The translations under genes were made by a program, and so were the position numbers. A stretch of DNA of 60,555 nucleotides from a virus, in IMG/VR virus record IMGVR_UViG_3300010400_000007. One strand, 5' to 3'. Position 1 is the first letter of the stretch, and each line of letters opens with the position of its first letter. The notes beneath the pieces were generated by a model. That model saw nothing but the letters and a program-made list of their open reading frames with translations. It made no database searches and was not told the origin of the DNA. Below, piece after piece: positions 48,989 through 57,702 of this stretch.

Positions 48989-50835
48989 CAGACCTCCAGC
49001 GCCAGCTGCCGAAAGAAGGACTCGAACTCGCGCCGTGCCTCGCGCGCTGCGATCCGCCCGACCTCCTCAGCGTCGCCGCCACCGTGGATCTCCTGGTGCA
49101 GGGTGACGTTGATGTCGCCACGCGGGCCCCCGCCGTCGAACCCGCCCGCCCCCATCGAGGACATGGGCGGTCCGAACGCTGGACCGAAACCGGCTTCCAT
49201 CCCGCCGAGGCTGGCCGTCGCCATGCTGCGGCCGGAGGCCTCGACGCGGCGCTCCTCGCGCCCGACGCCCAGCGCGAGGCCGCGCCCCACGTTGCCGCCG
49301 ATCGCCATCGTCACGCGAGACGGCGAGTGGATGTTGAAGATGTCCTTGAGCGCGCCAAGCGCCTTGCTGCCAACGCTTGCGAGCGTGTCCGCCGGCAGGT
49401 TCACCAGCGACCACATGCCGTTGGCAAGGCCTGTGACGACGGCCTTGCCGATGCCGAGCGCCTTCTCCCCCAGCGTCAAGCCCGCGCTGTTGAACACGCC
49501 TGCGACGTTCTCAAACCAAACGAAGATGTCCGCCGAGATCTTGGCCAGCGGGTTGATGATGCCCTCGAGCAGCGACTTGCCGATCGAGAAGATCGGGCCC
49601 GCGATGGCGCCGAGGGCCGTGCCCACCAGCGAGATTCCGGTGGCCGCTGCCACCGTGAAGGCGGCCAGGTCGCCCAGCGAACGCCCCAGCGCCTTCGCAG
49701 CGCTGTCGCCCCCCGAGAACAGCCCGAAGAGCTCAAACATTGGTTTGACGTTGCTCTCAAACGTCTTGCCGAAGGCCGCCGCGAACGAGTCGGCGAGCAC
49801 GCCTGCGAACTCTGCGGCGCGTCCGAGCCCATCGGCGATCCGGGAGATCGTCGCAGCGCCCTCGGGACTGCCGAGGAACTTCTCGAGCGCATCGAGGCCG
49901 CGCCCGGTCATGGCCGTGAGCGGCGCCGTGACCTTGTCGACGAGGCTGATGCCCGCATCCTGCCCGAGCGACTTGATGCGGTTCAGCATCCCCGTGAACG
50001 TGGTGTCCGCGAACTTCGCGCCCGACTGGCCGAGCGAGCTCTGGCCGAGCTTGCGGTTGATGGCCTGTTCGATTGCCTGGAGGCCGACGTCGGCGCTGAT
50101 CTTGCCAGCTTGCTGGAGCTTCTGGACCTGGTCGCGCGTCTTGCCGCCGAGGATCTTGCCGATCTCCTCCTGCACCAGCACGGTCGAGATGCCGCGCTCG
50201 GCGAGCTGCAGCATCTCCTCGCCCTGCAGCCTGCCCTTGCCCTTGATCTGGCCGAGCGCGAGGAAGACACCCTTGACGTCCTCGGCGCTGTTGCCGAGCG
50301 CCTGCAGGTCCGCGCCCATGCGGATCAGGTTGTCCGCCGCCTTCGGCGAGAACTGCAGCGCGAGGAACTTCTTGTATTGGTCGGTGGTGTCGAGGACGTC
50401 GAGACCGAACCGCACCGCGAGCGCGCGGGCGTGCTCGAAGAGCTTCTCCGGCATCGCGCCGTGCTTGGTGAGGTTCCCTAGCGCGAGCCGCGAGTTTTGC
50501 CCGAATGCAACGAGCTCGAACGTGGCGCCGGCGACCTCCTTGGCGAACCCGGCGACCCGCCCGATCGCCATGGTCATCAGGTTGCCGCCGAAGATACTCA
50601 GCGCGCCGATCGAGCCTCCGCCACCAGCTTTGCCCATCCCTGCGACGAAGCGACCGTTCGCCTCGCGCATCCGCCCAGTGGCATCGCGGAAGCGACCGCT
50701 CGTCTTCGAGGCAGCGTCCGTCGTACGCGCGAAGCGCCCCGCCGCATTACTAACGCGGCCGAGCGCTTTCTCGACATCCTTTGCGCCCTTCGTGTTGCCG
50801 AGGACACGGACGGTGAAGTCAGCACCAGCACCCAT
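48988..50835 (-). CDS. Tail tape measure protein
   Basis: 615 aa, Gly/Ala-rich. Tape-measure domain GQIKGKGRLQGEEMLQLAERGI...QKLQQAGKISADVGLQAIEQAI. Follows the chaperone genes. Confidence 0.85.
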   Translation of the reverse strand: MGAGADFTVRVLGNTKGAKDVEKALGRVSNAAGRFARTTDAASKTSGRFRDATGRMREANGRFVAGMGKAGGGGSIGALSIFGGNLMTMAIGRVAGFAKEVAGATFELVAFGQNSRLALGNLTKHGAMPEKLFEHARALAVRFGLDVLDTTDQYKKFLALQFSPKAADNLIRMGADLQALGNSAEDVKGVFLALGQIKGKGRLQGEEMLQLAERGISTVLVQEEIGKILGGKTRDQVQKLQQAGKISADVGLQAIEQAINRKLGQSSLGQSGAKFADTTFTGMLNRIKSLGQDAGISLVDKVTAPLTAMTGRGLDALEKFLGSPEGAATISRIADGLGRAAEFAGVLADSFAAAFGKTFESNVKPMFELFGLFSGGDSAAKALGRSLGDLAAFTVAAATGISLVGTALGAIAGPIFSIGKSLLEGIINPLAKISADIFVWFENVAGVFNSAGLTLGEKALGIGKAVVTGLANGMWSLVNLPADTLASVGSKALGALKDIFNIHSPSRVTMAIGGNVGRGLALGVGREERRVEASGRSMATASLGGMEAGFGPAFGPPMSSMGAGGFDGGGPRGDINVTLHQEIHGGGDAEEVGRIAAREARREFESFFRQLALEV

Positions 50836-50838
50836 CGA

Positions 50839-51057
50839 TCACCGCCGTCGACGCCCGCCGCGGCCACCGCGCTTGAGCGCTTTGGCGTAGGACTCGGCGA
50901 AGTTCGCCAGGGTATGGACATTATCGAGCAGCTCCGTAGCGATCAGCGCGCCTGCCCAGTCCCAGTCGGTGCCGTCGTGCGCGATGAAGGCGCGCAGCGC
51001 GCGCGCTGCCGTGTAGTGGCGCCGACGCGCACGCTTCCAGAGGCTCAGCCTTTTTTT
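50839..51057 (-). CDS. -1 frame extension (T part) of the tail assembly chaperone; G-T fusion = 51359..51051 plus 51051..50839
   Basis: Open -1 frame with no start codon: RLSLWKRARRRHYTAARALRAFIAHDGTDWDWAGALIATELLDNVHTLANFAESYAKALKRGGRGGRRRR, then a stop 4 nt before the tape measure ATG. High GC3. Confidence 0.65.
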   Translation of the reverse strand, partial: KKRLSLWKRARRRHYTAARALRAFIAHDGTDWDWAGALIATELLDNVHTLANFAESYAKALKRGGRGGRRRR

Positions 51058-51359
51058 ACGGTCACCTCGATGTCGGCGCCGGCGAGATCGCCCACCGCGT
51101 CACCGATCCGGGCCGTGATCCCCGGATGGGCCTGAAACATCGCCTGAAGGTCCTCGAGCGTGGGATGCACCAGGGTCACCTGCGCGAGCTCGCGGAAGCA
51201 CGCGCCGCGGCGCTTCTTTCCCAGCGCCTCCTGAAAGTCCTCCCACTCGTCGAGCGTTGGCGCGCGGAACACATAGAGCTTGCCGTCGAGCTCGACGTGC
51301 GCCACGCGCCCGTGCTGGCTACCGAGCTCCGTCAATTTGGTCTCGTTCGAACTGTTCAC
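51045..51359 (-). CDS. Tail assembly chaperone (gpG-like)
   Basis: GTG at 51359 after AAGGAG. 104 aa and acidic. Lies between the tube and tape measure genes. Ends ...GTA AAA AAA GGC TGA. Confidence 0.65.
   Translation of the reverse strand: MNSSNETKLTELGSQHGRVAHVELDGKLYVFRAPTLDEWEDFQEALGKKRRGACFRELAQVTLVHPTLEDLQAMFQAHPGITARIGDAVGDLAGADIEVTVKKG
51051..51057 (-). promoter_or_regulatory. Slippery heptamer A AAA AAA (programmed -1 frameshift site)
   Basis: Seven consecutive T on the plus strand, in X XXY YYZ register of the chaperone frame, two codons before its stop. Confidence 0.65.
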
Positions 51360-51373
51360 ACGTGCTCCTTCTC

Positions 51374-51835
51374 TCAGCGCGTCGGGGCGGGCAGCCCGAG
51401 GTGCGGCACCTTGCCGTTGATCGTGTGGTACATGAACGAGAACGTGACATCCCCGCCGAGCGCTGCCTCGCCCTGCTCGTGCGCGATCGGATTGTCGAGC
51501 ACGCGGCAGCCGTGGCCTGCGATCTTCACGCTCGGTTGTCCGCGAGCCACGAGGATCCAGCTCAAGCCCCAGATCACGCTGCGCCAGCCGTTGCCGAGAT
51601 CGGTGAGGAACGCAAGCCGCTCGCCCTCGTCGCTGAACGTGATCGTGCCCTCGCCGAGCTCCATGTTGCCCTCGGTCCGCTTCAGCGGCCAAGGGCGCGT
51701 GCCCATGATGGCGGCCTCCGTGGTCGGCTGACCGATCTCGACGTTGGTGATCGCCGTGTAGATGCGGCGTCGCAGCGACAGCTCGGCGCGCGAGAAGGAG
51801 TAGCCAAGACCTTCGACATCAGGATAGCCAGACAT
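51374..51835 (-). CDS. Tail tube protein
   Basis: 153 aa, directly downstream of the sheath gene and upstream of the chaperone genes. Confidence 0.6.
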   Translation of the reverse strand: MSGYPDVEGLGYSFSRAELSLRRRIYTAITNVEIGQPTTEAAIMGTRPWPLKRTEGNMELGEGTITFSDEGERLAFLTDLGNGWRSVIWGLSWILVARGQPSVKIAGHGCRVLDNPIAHEQGEAALGGDVTFSFMYHTINGKVPHLGLPAPTR

Positions 51836-51846
51836 CGTTCACTCCT

Positions 51847-53640
51847 TCACGCCGCCGCCGGCAGCGCGACCACGAACCCGACGCTTGTCGTCGCATAGTC
51901 GACCGATTGGTACGGCAGGATGCCGACCTCGCCGATCACGACGCCGGTGGCGAGAAAGTTGTGCGTCCGCGAGATGCGGTAGCGGATGTCCTGCACGTAC
52001 CCAGCAAACCCCTCCGCATTGACGGGTGTGCCGAGCTGGGCGACGAGATCGGCCGAGATGGCGTCCTCGATGATCGTCGCGTCCCTGTCGTCGATGACTC
52101 CGGGATACTCGACGTCGTCGATCACGACCGTTTCGGTGCGCGTGAGGCGCCCGATCTCGCGCGTCAGCCCGCGGTTGACGGTCTCGCAGGCGATGTCCAT
52201 CACGATGCCGCGCGGCCACTGCGTGAAGTCGCTCCCGTCGGGCGACTTCAACCGGCCCTGCGTGATGTAGAACCCGTTGAAGTTCTCGTAGGTGCGCAGG
52301 GTCGAGACCTTGATGTCGTCGAGGTTGCTCGGCGCTCGGTACTCGTCGTGGAAGATCTTCACGACCTCCGCGAGCGGCCCGCTCTTCACCCGCTTGAGGT
52401 CGGTGCTCGGGAGGCTCGCCGCGGCGCGCGCCGCGAAGACGTCCGCGGCGTTGGTCACCGGGAAAGCGTGCCCGCTGAACGGCTTCACGGAGGTGCGCCG
52501 CACCTGGCCGTGCGCGACCAGCAGCCGGATCGCGGTCACGTCGTCCCAGGCCGCGACGACCGCAGACGCGCTGTCCTCGTGGGTCGCAGCGATGATGCCG
52601 CGACGGTACTTGGATGTGTTCGCGAGCGTGGTCAGCTGCGACTGCAGCGCGGCGCCCAGGAGCGCGTGGGCCGTCGCGTCGCCGTTGCCCTTGCTGGTCA
52701 CGAACTGAACGAAGCGCCAGCGCGTCGGGCTCGCCGCGATCGCCGTGAACGCCGCGGCCAGGTTGGTCGCGTTGGCCGCCGCGCATTTGACCGAGCAGAG
52801 ATAGCTGTCGCCTGCCGCGAAGGCGGTGGGCGTGTCGTCGAAGTTGAGGGTCAGCCCGAGGCCTGGGATGGTGAACGTGCCCCCCGCGGGCACGAAGAGC
52901 GTTTCGCTGTACGTGCGCTCGGCCTCCGTATCGCCGACGTAGCCATCGAGGCTGTAGCGGAAGCGCGCCACGCCGTTCGCCCCGCTCGTCATGACTTCGA
53001 CCCGCACCAGCGCATCGAGGGTCGGCGTGCCCGAGACCGCGAGCACGCCCCCGCCGGCCGTGGTCGTGAAGTCGTAGGTGGCGTTGAGGACGTAGTTGCC
53101 CGCCGGGAATGTGACGGTCACGCCCGTGGTCACGCCCGTCGCGCTGAGCACGTAGGTGTTGCCCGTGGGGGTGGGGATCGCGGACGCGACCCAGGTCGTG
53201 CCGCCGTCGATCGACCAGCGGAACGCGCTGGTGCCGAGCACGCCCGCGGTCGTGATCTGGATGCGTACGTTGTAGTGCCCCGTCGGGTCGGTGCCGGCTG
53301 CCGTGACCGTCGGCCCGCCGCCCGTGTTCGTGACCGAGCTGAGCGAGCCATCGGCGCCGTAGGTGGGCTGGACCTCGCCCCGCGCGGCGGCGATGCTCGC
53401 GGTCATCTTCAGGAAGCCGATGGGCCCGCCGCCCTGGCTCAGGATCTCGGCGCCCGCCTCGACGGCGGGGCCCTCGCCGGCTTCGTCGCGCAGCGTGGTG
53501 GGCGAGGAATAGAGCAGGAGCTCGTTCGCCGCGATCGCGCCGCTGCACACGCCGATCACCAGCGCCATCATCGACGCGGGCTGGCTGATCCCCAGGCCGA
53601 AGTCGCGGACGTTCTCGGTAGCGCTCGGGATCGCAGCCAT
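51847..53640 (-). CDS. Contractile tail sheath protein with an internally duplicated beta domain
   Basis: 597 aa at the canonical position. Duplicated segments ...VRIQITTAGVLGTSAFRWSIDGGTTW... and ...VRVEVMTSGANGVARFRYSLDGYVG... Conserved-looking C-terminal core. Confidence 0.7.
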   Translation of the reverse strand: MAAIPSATENVRDFGLGISQPASMMALVIGVCSGAIAANELLLYSSPTTLRDEAGEGPAVEAGAEILSQGGGPIGFLKMTASIAAARGEVQPTYGADGSLSSVTNTGGGPTVTAAGTDPTGHYNVRIQITTAGVLGTSAFRWSIDGGTTWVASAIPTPTGNTYVLSATGVTTGVTVTFPAGNYVLNATYDFTTTAGGGVLAVSGTPTLDALVRVEVMTSGANGVARFRYSLDGYVGDTEAERTYSETLFVPAGGTFTIPGLGLTLNFDDTPTAFAAGDSYLCSVKCAAANATNLAAAFTAIAASPTRWRFVQFVTSKGNGDATAHALLGAALQSQLTTLANTSKYRRGIIAATHEDSASAVVAAWDDVTAIRLLVAHGQVRRTSVKPFSGHAFPVTNAADVFAARAAASLPSTDLKRVKSGPLAEVVKIFHDEYRAPSNLDDIKVSTLRTYENFNGFYITQGRLKSPDGSDFTQWPRGIVMDIACETVNRGLTREIGRLTRTETVVIDDVEYPGVIDDRDATIIEDAISADLVAQLGTPVNAEGFAGYVQDIRYRISRTHNFLATGVVIGEVGILPYQSVDYATTSVGFVVALPAAA

Positions 53641-54026
53641 CAGACTTTCTCCTTCGGCTTCAACATCGGGGACATCGCCGGCTCATGGAGCGGCGTGGTC
53701 GGGTACGAGGCCGCCGCCTCGAGCGCAGCCTCGTAGTCGGCCTGGGTGATCAGGAGGGGGTCCTTCTCGTAGTGGAACGCGTGCTTCGACCAGCCGTGCC
53801 CCTTGTCCGCCGCGGCGTGCTGCCAATCGGGGTGGGTCTCGCTCTGCGGGATCCGCTTGTCGCGCTTCTTGATGTGGCCCAGGCGCTCGGCCCAGTCCTC
53901 GGGCGTGCGCTTGGGCGCGGGCGCGGATCCGCCTGCGGCCGGCGAGCTCGGCGGGGACTGCTCCCGCAGACGCACGCCCGCGTCCTCGCTGATCACGAGC
54001 GGCCGCTCGTTCTGGTCGTCTTTCAT
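53640..54026 (-). CDS. Hypothetical protein (128 aa)
   Basis: Late operon ORF upstream of the sheath gene. Confidence 0.5.
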   Translation of the reverse strand: MKDDQNERPLVISEDAGVRLREQSPPSSPAAGGSAPAPKRTPEDWAERLGHIKKRDKRIPQSETHPDWQHAAADKGHGWSKHAFHYEKDPLLITQADYEAALEAAASYPTTPLHEPAMSPMLKPKEKV

Positions 54027-54034
54027 CGTGTCTC

Positions 54035-54553
54035 CTACTTGAAGAGCTCCGTGAGGACCTCTTCGGCGGTGCGGATGTATCGCTCACGCCAGCGGCTCGG
54101 GATCTCGCCCTTCTCGGGCACCATGCGTCGGCGCTCGACGCCGGCGACCGAAGCCGCGAAGCTCGGACCACCGGGGCCCGGGAAGCGCAGCGCGCGCGCG
54201 TGTCTGGGCTTGATCCGCTGGGCCTTCGGGCCGTGGATGCCCGTGCCGTCCTGGTGGTAGCGCGCGTAGTCCTTGCCCGATGCCACCACGAAGCCCTGCG
54301 CGGTCACGAACCGCCGGTGCCAGCTGCTCTGCAGGCCGCCCGTGTCGCGAAGGGGCTGACCGGAGCGCAGCTTCAGCGGCGCCCAGCGATCTCCATACGG
54401 GTCGGTGCTGGTCGCGAAGCCCTCGCGGATCAGCTCGATGGTCTCCTCCGCGAGGTTCGCCGAGACCACGCGCATCGAGTCCTGCGCCTGCGCGAGCTTG
54501 TCCATCCAGCGCTCGAGCTCGGCGAAGTCGCCGGTCAGCTTGAGCGCAAGCAT
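54035..54553 (-). CDS. Virion morphogenesis / tail completion protein (Mu gpG-like)
   Basis: ...PLKLRSGQPLRDTGGLQSSWH...YARYHQDGTG resembles the phage virion morphogenesis family. Confidence 0.5.
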   Translation of the reverse strand: MLALKLTGDFAELERWMDKLAQAQDSMRVVSANLAEETIELIREGFATSTDPYGDRWAPLKLRSGQPLRDTGGLQSSWHRRFVTAQGFVVASGKDYARYHQDGTGIHGPKAQRIKPRHARALRFPGPGGPSFAASVAGVERRRMVPEKGEIPSRWRERYIRTAEEVLTELFK

Positions 54554-55087
54554 TCAGACCTCTTGGGGCTTGATCGATCCGTCCGGCTGCAGCGTGCCGC
54601 AGACGTCCTCGACGCCGGTGATGGGCGTGAGCGGTTTGATCTCCTCGGGGACAGGCAGGCGCAAGAGAAAGCGCAGCACGCAGCACGCCACGCGCAGCGC
54701 GCGCCCGGCCTCGCCGACCTCTTCGGTCCGCCACTCGTAGCCGGGGATCTCGACGACCTGGAGCACCGTGCACAGAGCGGCGATGACCTGGTCGAGAAGC
54801 TGCTCGGTGAGCTCGCGTGTCTCGGCAAAGAGGTGCGCATCCACGCGCTCGACACGCGTCTTGCAAGCCTGGATGCGATATGCCGACGCATCGGACGGCA
54901 GGCGCCCACCTCCCTGCTTCGGTGGCTCGGTGGTGCCGCCCTGGGTGAGCCACACGATGCGCCGACGCTGCTGGTGCTGCGTCAGCGCGACCTGGTCGTG
55001 GTAGTCCTTGACCTGCTCGGCCTCCGGCAGCGCTGCGTTGAGCAGCTCGTGCACCGCGACCGCGACTTCCTTGAGCCGGGTCGCCAC
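54554..55087 (-). CDS. Head-tail joining region protein (177 aa)
   Basis: Position between the DUF1320-like and gpG-like genes. Confidence 0.45.
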   Translation of the reverse strand: MATRLKEVAVAVHELLNAALPEAEQVKDYHDQVALTQHQQRRRIVWLTQGGTTEPPKQGGGRLPSDASAYRIQACKTRVERVDAHLFAETRELTEQLLDQVIAALCTVLQVVEIPGYEWRTEEVGEAGRALRVACCVLRFLLRLPVPEEIKPLTPITGVEDVCGTLQPDGSIKPQEV

Positions 55088-55822
55088 TTACCAGCCCCGC
55101 GGCGGCTTGCCGGATACGACGAAGCTGCCGCCCTCGTCCTCTTCAGGAGTCGAGTCGACGATCCCCGGCGGGCTCAGACGCCCGTTCGCGAGGCGATCGA
55201 ACCACTTCAGGGCGCTGTCGCGGTTGTCGATCACGACCTTGTCCGGGCCGCCCGGATCGACGCCGCGTCGGCTGAACAGCTGCGCTGCTGCGAGGTAGGC
55301 GGTTTGCTGCCGAAGATCCTCGCCCCACGCCGTGAGCGGCAGTTCGTAAGCCGCGCCAACGTAGCCTGCGGCGACGTCGGTGGCTGCAATGCAGCCGTCA
55401 GCTCGTGCGCTCGCGCTGATCTCCGCGATCGAGTGCTCGGGCACGGCGTAGTTCGTGATGTCGGCCGGGTCGCAGTAGGTGACGTGCGCCACGCCGAGGA
55501 CCGCGAAGGTGACCGTCGTCAGGTTCGCGAGCGCCCAGCTGACGCGCACGTAGCGGTCGAGACCGCCAGCCGAGAGCTCCGCGACACCAAGCCCGAGAAC
55601 GTCGAGCTGATCCGCGGCTCGCCATGGATCGGACGGGTCCGCGCGGGTCTCCAGCGTGAGCGTCAGGGTGGGCACCGGGTCCGAGTCCACGGGCGTGAAC
55701 GTCGTGATGCGCGCAGTGAGCCGCAGAGCACGCCGAAGCGTGCCCATGTCGACGGCGCTGCCGCTGCCGGCAGCTACAACCGCCGCCGAGGCTACGAGAT
55801 CGACCGCAAGGGGCTGCGTCAC
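55088..55822 (-). CDS. Head-tail connector candidate with DUF1320 (Mu gp36)-like C-terminal half
   Basis: C-terminal segment YCDPADITNYAVPEHSIAEIS...LPLTAWGEDLRQQTAYLAAAQLFSRRG resembles DUF1320. Has an extra N-terminal domain. Confidence 0.45.
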   Translation of the reverse strand: MTQPLAVDLVASAAVVAAGSGSAVDMGTLRRALRLTARITTFTPVDSDPVPTLTLTLETRADPSDPWRAADQLDVLGLGVAELSAGGLDRYVRVSWALANLTTVTFAVLGVAHVTYCDPADITNYAVPEHSIAEISASARADGCIAATDVAAGYVGAAYELPLTAWGEDLRQQTAYLAAAQLFSRRGVDPGGPDKVVIDNRDSALKWFDRLANGRLSPPGIVDSTPEEDEGGSFVVSGKPPRGW

Positions 55823-56109
55823 GGTCCTTCCTCGCTGACCAGCAGGGCGATCGCCGCCAAGATGGCCTTCGCTTCCCGGCTGCTGAAGCCTTGAAGCTGG
55901 AGCTCGCTCTCCGTGGCCCCGTCGAGGTCCTCACGCGTCGTGTAGCCCTGCGCTGCAAGGCGCGTGAGGTGTGGGAAGTCGGTCGGGAGCGCCGTGCCGG
56001 GCTGCGCCTGCTGCTTCGTGCGCCACACGCCAGCGAGGTCCCACTCCTCGTCGCGCACCGCCTGCTGGCGCTGGCGGAGGTAGTAGCGACGCGGAACCTT
56101 GAGGGCCAT
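55819..56109 (-). CDS. Hypothetical protein (96 aa)
   Basis: Late operon ORF with overlapping stop and start. Confidence 0.5.
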   Translation of the reverse strand: MALKVPRRYYLRQRQQAVRDEEWDLAGVWRTKQQAQPGTALPTDFPHLTRLAAQGYTTREDLDGATESELQLQGFSSREAKAILAAIALLVSEEGP

Positions 56110-56118
56110 GCGAGCGCC

Positions 56119-56307
56119 TCAGTGGCGCTTGTCGCGCCGGTCCTTGCCTTGTGCAGCGACCTTCGCCGCCGCGGCCTCGGCCTTCTTCTTCTTCTCGTCG
56201 TCCTCGTAAGAGAACGACTCGTCGTAGGCCTTGCTCTCGGCCGCGCGGGCTGCGCGCAGCGCCTTGGCCTTCGGCCGCCGGAAGATCGCCGAGCTCGCCT
56301 GCGCCAT
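56119..56307 (-). CDS. Small basic Lys/Ala-rich protein (62 aa)
   Basis: ATG at 56307 (TGATG overlap). MAQASSAIFRRPKAKALRAARAAESKAYDESFSYEDDEKKKKAE... Confidence 0.45.
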   Translation of the reverse strand: MAQASSAIFRRPKAKALRAARAAESKAYDESFSYEDDEKKKKAEAAAAKVAAQGKDRRDKRH

Positions 56308-56774
56308 CAGTCGACCACCTTGCCGCAGATATGCACGTAGCCCGCGCCCGCGGTGAAGGCCGATGTGATGCGGTCGAAGCGGATGGTCGCGCCGGGTTCG
56401 AGCAGCACGATGCCATTCGAGCCGAACTTCGCGCCGATCGTCCCGCCCTTCACGCCCGCCACCAAGGTGGCCAGGACGTCGCCGCTCGCACCGCCGAGGA
56501 GGTCGCCCTTGGTGGTGTAACCGGTGCCGCTCGAGCTCAGGCCGATCGCGCTGCTCGAGCCGCCGGTGAAGGCCGTGATGATCTCCCAGAAGGTCCGCTC
56601 GATCAGCATGCGCTTGCCGGTCGGCACGGTGAACAGCACCGCAGCGTCGGCAAGGGCGAAGCCGATCGCGAGCTTCAGGGCGAAGACGTTGGGCACGTTG
56701 AGCTTCCACGTGCCGTCGGCGGCCATTTGGCCCTGCGGGTGGCCGTACGGGGACTTCTCTGCTGAGGCGGTCAT
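56307..56774 (-). CDS. Head-associated protein (possible decoration/DUF2190-like)
   Basis: ATG at 56774 after AAGGAG. Gly/Ser/Thr-rich beta protein directly after the capsid gene. Confidence 0.5.
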   Translation of the reverse strand: MTASAEKSPYGHPQGQMAADGTWKLNVPNVFALKLAIGFALADAAVLFTVPTGKRMLIERTFWEIITAFTGGSSSAIGLSSSGTGYTTKGDLLGGASGDVLATLVAGVKGGTIGAKFGSNGIVLLEPGATIRFDRITSAFTAGAGYVHICGKVVD

Positions 56775-56823
56775 GGTCCTGTGTCTCCTTCGAAAGCGCC
56801 TGGATCGGAGCGGGTCGCCTCGC

Positions 56824-57699
56824 TCAGTTCGTGACGATCTTGACGATGCCGGGCTTGGTGCCGGCGCCGCGGATGCGCTTGTACCGGTGCGCAGCCCAGT
56901 ACATGTGGATCGCGACCACGTCCGTGTCGGCCAACGGGTCGAAGCCCACACGCACGCGCGGCGTACCCTGATACCAGAAGGCCAGCGCGGCGCGCTTGGC
57001 GATGATCGAGGTGTACTTCGGGGGCGTATCGGTGCTCTTCGCGTTCTTGTCGGACACGGTCACGGGGACGCCCGCGAACCTCGTCACGGAGCCATCGGCG
57101 GGGTCGGTCAGCAACGGGCGGTTGGTCGTGTCTTTGAACTTCAGCAGATCCCCGTAGACCTTGCTGTGAGTGCCCAAGAGCACGATGTCGTTTTGCTCGT
57201 CCCCCCACTTCAGGCGCGCGTCGACCATTTGATCGTAGCCCAGGGTCACCGGGCTGCCCGAGTTGTACACGTCGTGGATGTAGTCCGACGGCAGCGAGGC
57301 CATCGCCGCATCGAGAAGCGCCTTGTCGACGCGGCGCTCCACCAGCTCGCGGAACTGGCGCGCGACCTCCGCGTACGGATCTGCGTATTGCGCGGCCAGT
57401 TGTGCCCACATCGTGAGCTCGACGGCCTTGCCCGAGTGCCGCGTAACCGCGGTCTCCTCGCTCATGCTGAGCACCTCGGGCGTCAGGGCATCGCCCTCGG
57501 TGTCGATGTCTTCCATCTCGCCGAGTGCGTTGAAGTAAGGGACCGTGACGGTTTTCCCGCCCTTGATATTGGCGGGGAGCGTCCCGCTGATCACAGCCGC
57601 ACCGGTCCCGGCGAGGAGGCGCATGCCGGCGAACTCCGCTTGGATCGCCTCGGTCAAAATCTCCGGGACGACAAGATCCGTCGACAACGTTGTGCCCAT
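56824..57699 (-). CDS. Major capsid protein (HK97-fold type)
   Basis: 291 aa directly after the protease/scaffold gene. Composition and length are typical. Confidence 0.8.
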   Translation of the reverse strand: MGTTLSTDLVVPEILTEAIQAEFAGMRLLAGTGAAVISGTLPANIKGGKTVTVPYFNALGEMEDIDTEGDALTPEVLSMSEETAVTRHSGKAVELTMWAQLAAQYADPYAEVARQFRELVERRVDKALLDAAMASLPSDYIHDVYNSGSPVTLGYDQMVDARLKWGDEQNDIVLLGTHSKVYGDLLKFKDTTNRPLLTDPADGSVTRFAGVPVTVSDKNAKSTDTPPKYTSIIAKRAALAFWYQGTPRVRVGFDPLADTDVVAIHMYWAAHRYKRIRGAGTKPGIVKIVTN

Positions 57700-57702
57700 G
57701 TC

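Noticed and set aside
48593-50890. 765-aa plus-strand ORF
   Set aside because: It is antisense to the tape measure gene. It is Ser/Pro/Ala/Arg-rich with no motifs.
51839-53736. Two long ORFs: 51839..53548 on the minus strand and 51907..53736 on the plus strand
   Set aside because: These are alternative-frame and antisense shadows of the tail sheath gene 51847..53640. Both are Arg/Gly/Asp/His-rich.
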